A DNA stretch of 64,000 nt from Takakia lepidozioides (lineage: Eukaryota > Plantae > Bryophyta): positions 48,608,001 to 48,672,000 of the forward strand of contig CM060732.1 in assembly GCA_030704615.1 (NCBI GenBank), read 5' to 3'. Each line of letters starts with the position of its first letter. Position 1 is the stretch's first letter. This document shows positions 49,029-63,730 of this stretch, piece after piece. Both the position numbers and the translations under genes were made by a program. Under the pieces are notes generated by a model that saw only the letters and a program-made list of their open reading frames with translations, made no database searches and had not been told where the DNA came from.

Positions 49029-52000
49029 ATGGAGGAGGATCGGAGCAAGAGGCAATTTCGGTTCTGCATCGACAGAGGGGGTACCTTTACAGATATTTAC
49101 GCCGAGGTTTTTTCTCACTATCTTGTGATTGAATTATCTCTAAGTTTAGCGCTCACCTCCCCACAATTTGAAGGTGGGTTTGGATTGGAGTGATTCCGTC
49201 TCGAGATTTGGCATACTCGTTCAGGAGTCTCGTTGATATTCTGATTGGGAAATTCAATAGCACAGCATCCCGTGCGATGTGCCACTGATATCACAATTTC
49301 CCTGGACACTGGAAGGTGGTATTTTAAATAGATCAGTTTGATTGATACTGGCCGAGTGAAAGCTTTAGTGTTAATTAGATCAAACAGGGCGCTTTTCCAA
49401 TGCTTAAGCACGATATACTTTGGCTATGTTACTTCAAGCCAACTTGCATTTGTGATTTTCCAACTCCATTCTGCCCAAAAATTTCGGGTGAAGTATATTC
49501 GAATCCATGCAGGAAGCCAGTGGATGTATACGGAGCAGTTTTTGCTTAATTATTTTCGCACTTTCTAGTATTGCAGGTTGCCATGGAATGTGTTTGCAGT
49601 GCAAGGTTCACGGTCTGAAGAGAAGCTGAGCTGGTTCCTTAAACAGTGTAACTGAAAGTTCTTGTGTAGATCGCCTAGTCTCTCACAATGTCAGATTATG
49701 CCTGTGACGGGTATCATGAAATGTAATTTCCATCTTTGTTTGCTTGAGGTAGGTGCCGGGGGAGCCCAGCTGGCGTGCTATCAAGCTGTTGTCTGTGGAT
49801 CCTGCAAACTATGAGGATGCTCCTCGCGAGGGGATTCGTCGCATACTTGAAGAGGTAAGTGTCTGAATGGATTTGTCCCATCCCAAAGCAATTGCATTCC
49901 GTTTTCGTCCCACTCCTTGACTCGAGTTCTTCATATTTATTCATGATTCTCTGTCTTTGTCTCTCATCCTCTATTTCTCATTTTCTAAGTCTCTATCCAA
50001 TCATATTTGACCCATTTGGTATCTTTCTCACCAGCTTTGAAACTTAGACACATGTGTAGCCTTCACCAAAAATAATGCAACTTTTACTCCCAGGTGACAG
50101 GAGAGAAGATTTCACGTTCTGTGAAGCTACCTACAGAGCACATTGACTGGATTCGCATGGGTTGGACATCTCTCCTGTACAAAATAAGGCACCACACACA
50201 GCATATTTTCAAGCAATTCAAGCAATTTTCTCAAAGGAAGATCATTTATCTTGTATTAAATGTCCACATAGAAGATGCATATGAATATAAGTCGATTGTA
50301 TGCTCTGTAGAATCATACTCTGAAATTTGGTCAACTTTGTTTCACTAAACAGCTTTCTGAATACAGGTACAACAGTGGCAACCAATGCCTTGCTGGAAAG
50401 GAAGGGGGAGCGTACAGCTCTTTGTGTAACTAAGGTCTCTCTCTCTCTCTCTTAAGGACCTTAAGGATAACCTCAAGGGCCTACCTACCCTCGGCACTAG
50501 ACTGAATTTAAACTCAGGGCGGGAAGCCTACCTTTGAACAATAAACAGATGCAGAGAGGAAGAGGAGATTGTAATTGCCCGATGTGCGGGCAACCTGAAG
50601 ACAATATCCGTTTTCTGATACATCGTTGGGGATACTCTCACCAGAGAGTGACTCTCTTCAGGACAGTCAAGAACATTGTCTCGGCACCTCTGTTCACCAA
50701 CTTCCAAAATCTTGAGGCTGGGCCTAAAGCCCTGGTCTTGTTGGGGTCTAACGTTTGTTCCGCCCAAATTGGGCGCTTGGTCTTACAAGGCTAGGGCAAA
50801 CAACGTCTTATGAGTACAGTATCTCTCTCTTTGGTCTCTTTCTCCGTTGACTCTTAGACAATCCTTTGACCTTTAGTTGCTTTTGGGCTATTTGTGGCCC
50901 CTCTCTCTTTCTTGTTTCTTTCTTCCTCTTGTCCCATAAGCTCTTTGAGCTTCCCCTAGACATTTTAAAGGACCGTTCCATTTCATTTCAATTCCCTCAC
51001 TGCTCTGTCCAAACTTGCTATGTGATTTGAAGGTGAATAAGTGCATCATCTCTCGTGACTCCACTCATATCCGATGCCTCATGCCATTGGGGGGATTCTG
51101 TGTTTTACTTTCCTCTCCCTTGCCCTTCTCCTGCTGCAGCAATTGTCTGGGCTTTAATCCTTCTTGTGATATTTGACAGGGATTCAAGGATCTGCTGCAG
51201 ATTGGAAACCAAGCTCGTCCTAAGATATTTGACCTCACTGTTTCCAAGCCATCATCCCTGTACGTATGCTGAAGAGACGCCTCCACTTTTTCTGCTCCTC
51301 CATTAGTCCAAATCTCGTTCGGTTTGATGAGGATGATGTTGAAAGAAGGCCATCTCTGCCTGCATTTGCATGATATATCAAGGGGAGGGGTTTTAACTTT
51401 TGTGGAGGAAGGAGGGGCACATAAAGACATGTATAAATAGGACATGCCTGTTGTGGGGTTGGTGAACTGCATATGTGTTGGACTATTGGGCAAGGAAATG
51501 CATCAAGAGGCAAATAGACAAATAGGTTTCACTCAATATTGGAGGACTTGAATAAGACGGCAGGGTGCAGGTATGAGGAAGTAATAGAGGCAGATGAGCG
51601 GGTCCAGCTGGCTCTCAATGGGGTACAGAGTCCAGGTGTAGGAGGGCTTCACACAGTGAAAGGGGTGTCGGGTGAGATGGTGGAGATTGTGAAACCTCTG
51701 GATGAAGAGAACCTCAGGCCTTTGTTGCAGGTAGGGAAGACTGTAATGTCCACCGCTTTTCACTTGATGTTAGTGCATGAAGGGCTACAATAAATCGGGC
51801 AAGTGGCCCATGGTCACTGACAAACCACAAAAGGGCCTCTCAGTTGACCACAACTTGTCTACTGTCAAAGCTTCTGAAACAAAACAATGGCAGTTTGTCA
51901 TCTATGCATCATCTATGCACGTCACATGTTTAATGAGGTAGATAATGAAAACGTATTATGGTCATGTAAAGCAATTTGGGTGTAGTGTTGCTGACCATAG

Positions 52001-55000
52001 TTAGGTGTGCACGTCATGGATTTATTTTCCTATTATATAGAATGCAGGTCCTGGGGACCATCAGTCCTAGAGACACCATAATCCTAAATTGAGTTGACTT
52101 GCCAAGCCTAGTTAGAAGACCAGAGTTTATCTCTGATCTTTTCCAAGTTGTGGCTGTCATTTTAGTTATTGAATAGTATCAGCTTGACAGCAATTATTCC
52201 CTGCTTGGAGCATCCTATGTCTGAGATATTGTCGTTCAATGTGCAAGTAGTCTGGGACTTCCTGGATCTGCAAGTTTGATAAAGTTGAAGCTTGTTTTCC
52301 TGGGGTATGTAATTCAGGTTACACATGGCCAGTTTTAGCAGCCATAGCTTGTGATCTAAATGGTCTTTGTTGGACATGAAGGGACTTCTGGAGAAAGGGA
52401 TTCGAAGCCTAGCTGTGGTCTTCTTGCATTCTTATACTTACCCTGTCCATGAACAGGTGATTCCCCATCCTTTTACCGCCTTAGGCATTGTGGGTACAAA
52501 ATATTGGGGATGTCTGGTTATGTGATACTTTCTCGAAAGTAAGAACCTAGGCATATGTAGTGATCTATAAAGCCATGAATGTAGATTCTTCCCTCTTGTT
52601 CAGGAGATTATCTTGATGAGAGAATGTACTCATAAGACAGTCTTTGGGGCCATAGACCCTGCGCCCAGTTTGAGTGGGACAAGAGGGAACAGACACTACG
52701 TTTGTGAGGGGCTTGCACCAGTAGTGGTACTTACCATGATATACTAATTTGTGTGGGCTTTCAAGATTTCCTCTAGGAAGCCCTTCACGCAAGCATCAAT
52801 CTGCTGTGTGTGATCTGCCCAGAAGTAAGACCCCCCAACAGGGCCAAGGCTTTAGGCTCAGCCTAAAGAACTTTGAAAGTTGGCGACAGATGTGCAGGGA
52901 CTATGTTGTTGATGGTCCTGATTGGGTGGCGCTCTCTGATGAGAATATCACCGGATATTGTATTAGAAAATAGTCTTCAGGCCACCTGCAGATCAGGCAT
53001 TGACAATTCCCTTTCTTCTCTGCATCTCTTTATTATTCAAAGGTAGACTCCCCACCCCGACTTTAAATTTTAGTGTAGTGCTGAGGGTAGGTTGGCCCTT
53101 CAGGTCATCCTTAAGGTCGTCGCCCATATCACAGACGGGAAACAATTTCAGGGAAGTTTTATGCCTAACTCACCCCGAACAGCCACATTAGCTGTTCTAG
53201 AGCATGCTGACATGCTGTCTTTACCACCAAAAGCTGAATGGATTCTAAAGTCTACGGATGGTTGGAGTTACCTTGAGAGAGACACAGAGAGAGAGAGAGA
53301 GAAGAGCAGGGGGGAGGATAGAGCATTGAGTCGAGTTCCACGGACATCGAGTTTCACTGTGCTGTCTGTTGCCTGAAAATACGGACATGGTATTTGCAGG
53401 CAGTGGAGCGTCTAGCAAAAACTCTAGGGTTCAAGCAAGTGTCCACATCATCCGCACTGATGCCCATGGTGCGCGCAGTTCCAAGGGGTCAGACAGCAAC
53501 TGTTGATGCCTATCTTACCCCTGTCATACGTGCATACCTTTCCGGCTTTCTCTCAGGTACGCCAACACATCCTTAAGAGTCATAGTAAGTATTTCTTTCT
53601 AACTGCAAAACCATTTGTTTCAATCAATTGCAGTTGAGAGTTAAGCTTCCGCTGCTACCCATTTGGAGACTGTTTCAAAATGAATACTGAAAAACTTCCA
53701 ATGCAATTTGGTCAAGTCTCCCGCTCTAGTATTACTCACAATGCTTGTTGGTGGGGTGGTGGCCTCTGTGATTGTACCTCTATGGCTGCTAAAGTATCAA
53801 GACTCTGTTTTCCTAATCACACAGCCAATACATAAAGCCATACACCGTCAATGGGTTTGGAGGAAAAACTTGGATGGGCTGGAGGCAGAGGATCCTGCAG
53901 CTAAATGTGTTGGTGTGTATTCGTGTAAGGATTGCACGAAATCGGTCACGTAGGGTGTAGGACTGTGACTAATCATGGTGACTCTGGAGGTGATGTGTGG
54001 GACTGGGTCGTCTGGCTCGTGCTAGGGTTTGATGAGGGACTCAATAAAGTGACAGTATCATTCATGCAGTCAGATGGAGGCCTGACACCAGAACATCGAT
54101 TTTGTGGCCACAAGGTTACTTCCTTCTAATCCTCAGTGCTTTAACGGGTGTCAATTCGAGTTGTGAACTATTGACTTGTCACATAGTTCACACTCAAGTC
54201 ACTGCTTGTCCTACCACATCCTACCACCGCTTGTCTCAGAGCTGCCTGAGAAAATGTATTCTTGAATATCTTTAAGGTCACCTATACTTGCTCATTCCTT
54301 GTAAGTGCTGTGGACTCTCAGCAATCATTCATCATCCAGTTGCTAAGGCAAAGGGCTGGGTATGATCAGCATGGTGGTTCAAATAAAAGAATCTTCTGGT
54401 TAAGTTCCCTGAAACCCAACTAATCAAGGCTACTTTTTGTGTGTCAGGCAATTTTGTCTGGGCCTGCAGGAGGGGTAGTGGGCTATGCCCGGACCACATG
54501 TGGCCTTGAGACACAACAGCCGGTAAGCGTTGTTTATTGAGTCTAACTGCCCTACTTTTTCAGCAGAGGGAATCAATTTGTCAGAGAAGTGTTAAGCATC
54601 AGGAGTTGGAAAATCAAGATGCACTGGAAGGCAAAATGGATTTTGTGATCAGGTCTGGCAGATCTCAGATCATTGTGGATCGCTGGCTGTCTGCAGATTA
54701 TTGGGTTTGATATGGGAGGAACATCCACAGATGTAAGTCGATACGCAGGCAGTTATGAGCAAGTTCTGGAAACTCAAACTGCTGGTGTCATTATTCAGGT
54801 GCCCCGCCTTCTTTCCTCCAGATAACGTATAAATCAAACACAAAGCAATAGGTGAAGTAAGGGGTTGAAACAATTCTAATGTCTTCAATGCTTTTGGTAA
54901 AAACCATTGAAGTACAGACTGAGGAAATTTCCAGATCAAAGTGGGTGGAGCTGAAGAATGGAAAGTTTTGTTTTGCAGGCACCGCAGCTTGATATCAACA

Positions 55001-58000
55001 CAGTTGCTGCAGGCGGAGGCTCTAAACTCAAGTTCCAAGCTGGTGTGTTTAAGGTGAGTGCCATTTCTTTCCCACACTCAAACATTCATGGACATATCCT
55101 GCAGTCCCAAAATCATAAGAAGAATAGAGCAATCCTAGTCAAATGTGTCAATTTTGGATGTTCAATGGCAAGGTCTCTTCTGTTGGCTTTCTGAATGCTC
55201 CTGTTCTATGTGTGGTATGACAGGGATAGCTTTGGTGGCATTTTAGACTAGGGGCATGGCAGTGTTTTCTCCGGACTGCCCTTGTTGAGTCATGCCTTTA
55301 TGTTCTGCAGTACTACACCCCTGCCTTGGAAGTAACATGTTGAGTGGAAACCTGTGGGACCTGTCCTTGGAATGTCTTATGTCCTAGGCTTTGTTCTGTA
55401 ATTTTTCAAGGGGAGGGGAGGGGAGGGGTGGACAGGTTCACTAGCCAGCATGGGATATCTCTCTTTTGCAGAGAGGGGCAAAGCTTCATCACTTTGAGGG
55501 CTATTGAATTTAGTGTTTATGTTTCATAGGAAACTTCCCAGCCTCAAGTTCCTTGCTTTTAGCTTTCATTACTTGGTAATACAAGTGGTGTCACCGGACT
55601 CAGTTCACATTATGCTGGGGGTTGGGTAGGTGGGCCCAGAGTCAGTGAGCGCACATCCTGGACCAGTTTGCTACCGAAAGGGAGGCGAATTGGCAGTTAC
55701 AGATGCCAACTTACTACTGGGACGTGTCATACCTGACTATTTCCCCTTCATCTTTGGACCCCATGTAGGTTTATTGAAAACTGTACGACCTTGGTTGCAA
55801 AAAGTTATTGATGCTGCCAATGAATCAATGTAAATTGGTCCATCTAATTCTTCTAATTCTTCTCACTTGTCTTGGAGGAGCTTGCATGTTAGAAGCCTTA
55901 GTTAGGGGTATGTTGTTGAGCCTTCACCATGATTTCCTACAGTTTCAGTAGGGAGTGTGTAAGTACCACCATTATGTTATCCACATCACCCAGGATGGCA
56001 TGTATGGTATCTCAACGTGGTTCCTCCCATCAATGGCTTTTTGCATGTCCCCAGGTAGGCCCATCCAATCTCTTCCCACAAAGATTACATTTGTCTTCTA
56101 TGAGTGACAGACATGGCTCAGCGCCCCCTGTGGAGTATGGCTCAGAACCTTGCAAAATGCCTATGTACAGACATTCAGATTTAGGTTTTTGACAGAATCT
56201 GCAAAGAGAAAATCCTTCACTTTGTAAAATATGAAAGATTTACCCATACTGAAGGTAATTCTAGTAGTGGTGCAGGAAAACCAACCTCTGGATGTAGAGG
56301 CCACACGGACAGCCTTTAAGACCTTGGGCCCTGCCATCAACTCCCATCGACTTGACCAGGATCCTCAATGTATGTAGGTCTCTATTCCGAATGTTGTTGC
56401 TCATCCAGACGTGCACCTACAGTGCTGGAGGAGGAGAGGTGGTAGGATGGAATAAAGGAAAGGGTTAAGAAAGTAATTGGAGAAATTTTGGGCTGTTTCT
56501 GTTTTGATTGGTGGTATCTGAAGAGTGTGTGCATGGTTTCACTATTTGCAAAAATATGACTGATGGACGTAGGACTGCTGTGATAGCCAAGGAGATGAGT
56601 GTGGAGGAGATTGCACTTGGGTTCTTGGATGTTGCTAATGAGGCCATGTGTCGACCCATTCGCCAGGTATTCCTTACCTCTTTCTGACTAGCAGCTTTGG
56701 ATTTAGCATCACAGCGCCAGCAGTGGCTTTGAATTGACCCATTGTCATTGCAACATGTTCACGTCCTGGACTGGTGATTCCCTGAGTAGCTTGAGAACTT
56801 CTTGTATCTGCGAGAGTTTATGAACGAAACCTTGTCGTACCATTGTTCTTCATGCATCTTGTGTTGTATCATGTTCATGTTGAGTTATTTTCCTGTCCTT
56901 GGAGTTTGTCTCCACCCAGATAATGGATCTGCAGGCATCCTAAAATGGGGAACTGTTATTGCAGCTGACAGAGATGAAGGGGTACGAGACAAGCAAGCAC
57001 ACTCTGGCCTGCTTTGGAGGCGCGGGACCACAACATGCTTGTGCCATTGCAAGGGCCCTTGGCATGCGTGAGTGTCTGTGTCTGTATAGAGTTGTTGCCC
57101 CTTTCTTACAATGTGCTCAGAACCCTCAGGTTCTTAGAGCCCACCGTGATATATAATTGTATCACTGTATTTCATACTCATCCAACAAATCCTGAAATTT
57201 ATTGCACATCATTCTCAGCACATAGCCAGGCATACTGGTGATGCCCATGAGAATTTAATGGAGTAAGTGGGGACTTGTATTGGCAGGGGAGGTAGTGGTG
57301 CACAGGTACTGTGGGATATTGAGCGCCTATGGGATGGGGCTCGCGGATGTGGTGGAGGAGGCTCAGGAACCATATGCAGCAGCCTATGGACCAGAGGCAA
57401 TGTCTGAAATGATGAAACGTGCTGCTGCTTTGACAGAGCATGTCACAAAACAACTGAGACTTCAGGTACTTGTCATGCTTAGAGCAAACTTGTTCCATTC
57501 AAGTGAGCTTACACGTTGAACCTTTGTGAATTAAGTGACCAATTATGCTGCAGACATGCAAATGCTATTCGTCATTAATTGAGGCCTATCGTGGGAGTCT
57601 GTGCTCCTCTTCCCTCTGTAGCATCCAGAGCTCTTTCCTTCTCAATTTTATTGTGCCATGTGCTGGCTCCTGTGAATGCATACATCTTTCTCCTTTCTCC
57701 TTCACACGATGCACATTGATTACCGGTGTTTTGGTTTCTGGCACCAGGGATTCAAAGAGGAGGATATCAGCACGGAGTTACTACTCAACCTTCGATATGA
57801 GGTATGGTGCTCACTTCTATTTCCCTGTAATCTTCAAAGGAGAAATATTTATAATCCACCGACTGGGCACTTTCCTCCAACTTGTTTGTCCACGTTGCTG
57901 AAATCATTTCATTATAACTTGAGGACAATGGGTGCTGACAAACTGTGCTGCATGAGATGCAGGGCACTGACACAGCGTTGATGATTAGTGCTCCTGATGA

Positions 58001-61000
58001 TGGCAGTAACGACTATGCTACTGCCTTTGTGAAGCAATTCCGTCGGGAGTAAGTTTTCTGCTCTACCCTTGTTTTTCCCCCTCTTTTATCTCTCTCCTCT
58101 CCCCATCGAAACCCTGGGGTCTATGCCACAACTCTATTGCAAGCAAAGTACTGAATATCCATGAGACCCTTCATCTCTGTGGAATGATGAGTTAGTGGTA
58201 TGGGTTATTGTTCCATCATCTGTGCATTAGCCGTTCATCTTGTTATAGAGTTGACCAAAAGTTTGCTCAACTCAGGAGTGTGGGTATTGGCTTGCTCACA
58301 ATTGCAAGCAGCCAAACACACCCTTGAAATCTGATGTACATACGTGAAGCTTCAAGGTGGATGAATGCTGGGGGACACTTGTAAACCAAGTTGATGCAAT
58401 CTTCTTACAATGTTTCGTTCTTGACATGAGGCAACTGTCTGTAGGTATGGGTTTGAGTTACAAAAGAGGACCATTCTAATAAGCGATGTCAGGGTCCGGG
58501 GCACTGGTGTCACCAACATTTTGAGGTACGATTAGTTTTCCCTGTTTAGAACTGCTGGATGCTTGTTCATGCTGGTTTCTCTGTGGTTGGTATAGTCCTG
58601 CTACATTGATTCATCTATTCATACTCAAAGAGGCTATACTTGAGGAAAGTCCTAACTGAACCACATTGTTAAACCTGTGCTCCTGGTTCTCACTTGACAA
58701 CAAGATGCCCAAACTGAATTTGGGATTGACAATGTATTTTCTATTCTATATACCTCAGCCTTAACCATTCACTATGTGCCTGGCACAGGCCGGTTGTGCT
58801 GTCCAAGGGAGTGGGGGAACCGCAAGCAGAGGGAAGGCGCCACAAAGTATACTTCGGCACTGGCTGGCATGACACTCCAGTACGCTTCTACCTCCAGCAG
58901 AGTATTCCTGGCCCTCTTAGTTCTTTCCTCATTGGACTTGGAAATTTATATTTCTTGGTGCTAAAGTAGAAGCAATAAAATTAGCAGGGATGGAAGCAGA
59001 ATGGAAACAACATGCTCAAGATGCATTGTGTTTGGTTGCAGGTGTATATGTTGGAGAAGCTAGGCTATGGTCATACCCTTGCTGGGCCTGCAGTCATCAT
59101 GAACGGCAATAGCACGGTATTTTCTCCTTCTGATTGAAACAACCTTTTGCACTTTCAGTCACCATCGCACTACCCGGCGCTAATGTGGGGGACATGTTTC
59201 CTTAAACGAAGGTGGATAGATTGCGAAGTAGATTGCTACTGGGGTATGGATGTATTTGGATTACCATCGAGGACACTTGAATGTCTTCCTCCACAAAAAT
59301 GATTGTGTTACATAATGGATATTGTGTTGGCTTGTTTTTCAGATTGTAGTGGAACCTGAATGCAAGGCAGCGGTGACTAAATTTGGGAATGTATGCATAG
59401 CCATTGGGACTGGTCAATCCCTGCTAGCATCTCAAGCAGCAAAGGCCAACACAAAAGCAGATGTTGTAAAGCTGTCCATCTTCAACAACAGGTTCATGGG
59501 TATTGCAGAGCAAATGGGGCGCACTCTGCAGCGCACCTCTATATCCACCAACATCAAGGTTAGCGTTACTATCATTCACGTTCACCATTATTTGGCTGTC
59601 ATGGATGTTCCCCTAATGTTTGTTTTTTCACCAGCTGTAATCAATCGTCATCCTGGCTTTGTCTGTGAGTTGTGGGGCATTGTCTGTAGTTAACTTGTAT
59701 GCAGTAGGTACAATTGTAAGATTCTATTCTGTGGGCATTTGTCAGTAACCGATGTTGGACGAAGGGGCTAGCTCTGAAGCTCAGTCACTGGGTGAAGCCC
59801 CACGAATACTAGTTATACTGGAACCTTAATTATGAATGGTTGGTGATTGCAGGAGCGACTGGACTTTTCATGTGCCCTCTTCAGTCCAGATGGGGGTTTG
59901 GTGGCCAACGCTCCGCATGTGCCTGTGCACTTGGGAGCTATGTCCAGCACTGTGCGCTGGCAACTAAATTACTGGTAATATGATATAGGCTTCTGTATAT
60001 GGCGGGGATTTACTCTTTTGGTCTACTAAAGCTACAGCTGTAAAGCGGATGCCAAGAAGTGTTACACAGTTTCATATTCTGGTGGGTATGGGAGGCCAGG
60101 GGAAAGAACTTGAAAGAGGGTGATGTGCTGGTGACCAACCACCCTGCAGCAGGAGGCAGCCATCTTCCTGATATCACTGTCATCACTCCAGTATGTGTAC
60201 CAGTCCCTATTCTGCCACTGTCCAACAGGGATGCTCGTAGTGTGGATGAATAGTGTGAAGCAGAAGGCATTGAGGGCATCCAGCAACTCTAGATCAATGA
60301 CTAACAAGTAGTTTCCATGTTTCCCTACCAATGCTTACTTCATGAGATTTCTAGGCACTGGCAGCCCTTTAGCTTCCCACAACTCTTATCATGGAATGTC
60401 ATGAATCAGTGATCGTAGAACAAGCAAAGCCGATGTGGATGATGAGCTTAGCACTTGGCCTTTGAGTTGTAAACTTTAGTTTCATGCTGAGGTGTACAGG
60501 TCTTCAAGGACAGACACCTTATATTCTTTGTGGCAAGCAGGGGCCATCATGCTGAAATTGGTGGCATCACTCCCGGCAGGTAGCTCTCTTCCCCTTGCTC
60601 CACAGCCATTAATTGGTCTGTTGCAAGCTCTAGAGGGCTAAAGAAGCAGTGCTGGAATCCAACTCACCTCTCTTGTTTGAATCAATACCAGAGCAGAGAT
60701 CACTACCTGATTCCCGGTAACAAAATTGTCAAACGGCCTTGTGCAAGCAATTTTGCAATATCAGACTGACTCTTTTATATACCCTGCTAAGTTAAATCCC
60801 CATGAAGGCCTCCAGTAGGGTAGTATGAACGGTATGAAGGCCTCCTGTGGGGTGTCTCTTCCCTCAATGGTACGTCATACTCAATAATTTAGGCAACAAG
60901 TGAATTAAGTGTATTCTGTGGGACCTCCTTTTTCGGTTTCGGTTTTGATATCAGGGAACAAAGTGCAGCATGCCACCATTTTCAAAGGCGATATGGGAGG

Positions 61001-63730
61001 AGGGTGCAGCCATAAAGACATTCAAGCTTGTTGAGGGCGGTGAGTTTCAGGTGAGATAACTATTCACAGAGATTTTTCTCTCTCTAAGCTCCTTTCTTCA
61101 AACAATCCTGGTATGTGCGTGTGGATACCTTTTTTGAACTCCATGGACTCTCTATTGCTTCACTATTGCCAGTGAACGCAGAAGGGGTGGACATCACATC
61201 CAAGCGTGACCGCAACCAGCTCATTAGAAAGGAGCTCATGGAGCTACATGTCAGGAGAACTTGGAAGTGACCCAACCTCACGACAACGCTCCATTTCTAT
61301 CGAGAAACATTCTTGGTTCTCCGAGATGATAGAATCTTGCGGCCCGATTACCTTTCGGCCTCTTTATCTCCTTCTCTCCTGAGGCTTTGGGCGGTTCAGA
61401 GTGGGCTCCCACAACCTACGGATAGAGACTGGCAGATGGGAAAACCTCACCCCTGTCCAGCTTGCAGAGGGCGCAACCAGGAAATTGAAACTGAAGAACA
61501 CTTCTTCTTCTATTGCCCGCTATACTATGAGATCCGTGGGAGATTCCATTGTCTATTCCGTGGAACCCAATCTCTCACTGAAGTCTTTCACTATGAAGAT
61601 CAGAAATGCTTGGCAGCCTACCTGCACAAGGCATTCACCCTTAGACAATCACTCGAACAATAGTTCTTATCTCTGACTCTGGTTTCATGTTTTTCTTTCC
61701 ATTTTGTCCCATAAGCTCTATGAGCTTTCCACGGACGTTATAAAGCACCATTTCATTTCATTTCCTACATCCCATGTGATCCATGGATACGTCTCATCAA
61801 ATTCAACTGCTGTCCCCTATCCTGTATCTTCGCTCAATATATTTGGTACCCAGACACCGGCTTCCTCACTTTGTTTCCAGCTCAATTTGAAGCGGCTACT
61901 TCAAAAGATTTGTGGGTTCACCTGTCAGGCATCAACTGAACTTTAGGCCTTTTATTCCTGCAGGAGGAGGGTATTGTAAAACTCTTAAAGGCAGAAACTC
62001 GGGAAACAGAGGGAGAAGACGAGGACGCACGTGCACGTGTGATTCCCGGCACACGGAGAATTGAAGACAACCTTTCTGATCTTAGAGCGCAGGTAGGACT
62101 CAACATTGTTTCCCCTCCCTTCAAAAGAAGATACACGCTCTCACACACCCACTCACTCTCTCCAGGGACTGGCAAAGTTGTCAAGATTACCAGGAAGATT
62201 TTGTCAGTATTTTTGTTCCACTAAAACCACATGGAAACTGCAGCTGGCCCGTCTCGTTACTTTCATGATGGGCAGCAGTGTCATTCTTTTGAACTAAAGC
62301 ATACATTTTCCTTGCAGGTAGCTGCAAATCAGCGGGGCATCGGGCTGATAGGAGAGCTGATAGAGCAATATGGTCTGGAAGTGGTGCAAGCGTACATGCT
62401 CCATGTTCAGGTACTATACATGGAAAGGGAAAACTATCATCTTTGTTGCACTTTCTTCTGTTTTAAGATTGGTATGTCAAATTTTGTTGCCCCAATTTGT
62501 CCCCAGCAAAATGTCCTTGTCTCTCATGTATAGAACATATGGAATTTTGGCATGGACCAATGTGTAGAGCAAAAAACCAGATGGATTGTGCCTGTGACTG
62601 CTCAGACAAACAGTGACAGCACGAAATGCAGCTACAACTAAGGCGTTTCTGAGGGGATTCAGATCTGCCTTCAGACTCAGCATGTACTGGAAAAGGGTTC
62701 CACCCACTTACCCTCCTAAACTCTTCTCTCCCCACCACAGTTGCTGGTCCTACTGGTGTGCATTATTCTTGTGGCTTTAGTGGCACTTACAAACAACGTC
62801 TTATATGCAAGCAGGCAAATGCAGAGGCAGCAGTGCGTGAAATGCTCAAGTCAATGGTGGCTCATTCTTTCCCACAGTTGGCTTCAGTAAAGCAAGGAAA
62901 CCTTGTGGTCCTGGAGGCTGAAGACTACATGGACGATGGTTCTTCTATTCATCTGAAGCTCACCATCGACAGTGTGAAAGGGGAGGCCCACTTCGACTTT
63001 GGAGGCACTAGTCCAGAGGTAGTCCACACTTACTCTCATTTGTTGCACAACTTTTGGATCCGTAATCAAGGTTTTTTTTTATCAAATGCATTTTGAGATA
63101 ATTCAATGTTTTTAGCACCTCAACCTCTTTGCTGACAAACTCCTCATCACTATCTTTAACTTCCCATCTCTCTCTCTTTAGACATATGTGAAGAATTTCT
63201 TAGAAATATCATGTTCTGTCATTCCTTACATTCTTGGGTTGAGTGCAGGTCTACTCAAACTGGAATGCCCCTGAGGCAGTGACATCTGCAGCCATCATCT
63301 ACTGTCTGCGTTGTCTGGTATGCCAGCCTTCCTGTAGATGTATCTCTACACTCACTAAGAGTGGGATTCGGGATGAGATTCTCATTTGTGCCCACCTGTG
63401 ACTACATAGGTTCATTCTTCAAACAAACCATCAAAGAAAGGAGCAAGGATACCCCTTTTGAGACCCAGTAGTGCCGTCAATAAAAGTGAGGGGGAGAAAT
63501 ACTTCTTAACATTGTTCAATGAGGTCAGGTGGTGGCGGTGGATGGAAACAGGTAGACGTGGACATACCCCTCAATCAGGGCTGCTTGGCACCAGTGTCTA
63601 TCTATATTCCAAAAGGTTCACTGCTGTCTCCCAGTGACAAAGCAGCTGTTGTGGGTGGCAACGTGCTTACTTCACAGCGTGTCACTGATGTTGTGTTGAC
63701 TGCCTTTCAAGCGTGCGCTTGCTCCCAAGG
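49029..63730 (+). CDS. OXP1: 5-oxoprolinase (hydantoinase A/B); at least 32 exons, continues past the window end
   Basis: [26 protein letters not shown] / [23 protein letters not shown] / [14 protein letters not shown] / [14 protein letters not shown] / TVAAGGGS / [13 protein letters not shown] / [11 protein letters not shown] / [28 protein letters not shown] / [10 protein letters not shown] / [18 protein letters not shown] / DLRAQVAAN / [10 protein letters not shown], with GT-AG junctions. First exons: 49029-49106, 49753-49854, 50094-50160, 50367-50434. Last exon seen: 63552-63730. Confidence 0.96.
50455..50992 (+). mobile_element. 5'-truncated non-LTR retroelement 3' fragment in OXP1 intron 4
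   Basis: CPMC...ED..RFLIH Cys-rich LINE C-terminus. The 3' end gtcccataagctc..tgagctt...catttcatttca is shared with 61706-61765. Confidence 0.65.
52760..53125 (-). mobile_element. Inverted second copy of the intron-4 retroelement fragment (OXP1 intron 7)
   Basis: The reverse complement from 53120 (gaccttaaggatgacctgaagggccaacctaccctcagcactac...aataaagagatgcagaga) aligns to 50457 onward. Confidence 0.7.
61090..61765 (+). mobile_element. LINE (RTE/RTEX-like) 3' fragment in an OXP1 intron
   Basis: [11 protein letters not shown]...C..C...[24 protein letters not shown] (zinc-knuckle C-terminus), a 3' hairpin and a (CATTT)n tail. The 5' boundary is approximate. Confidence 0.75.
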
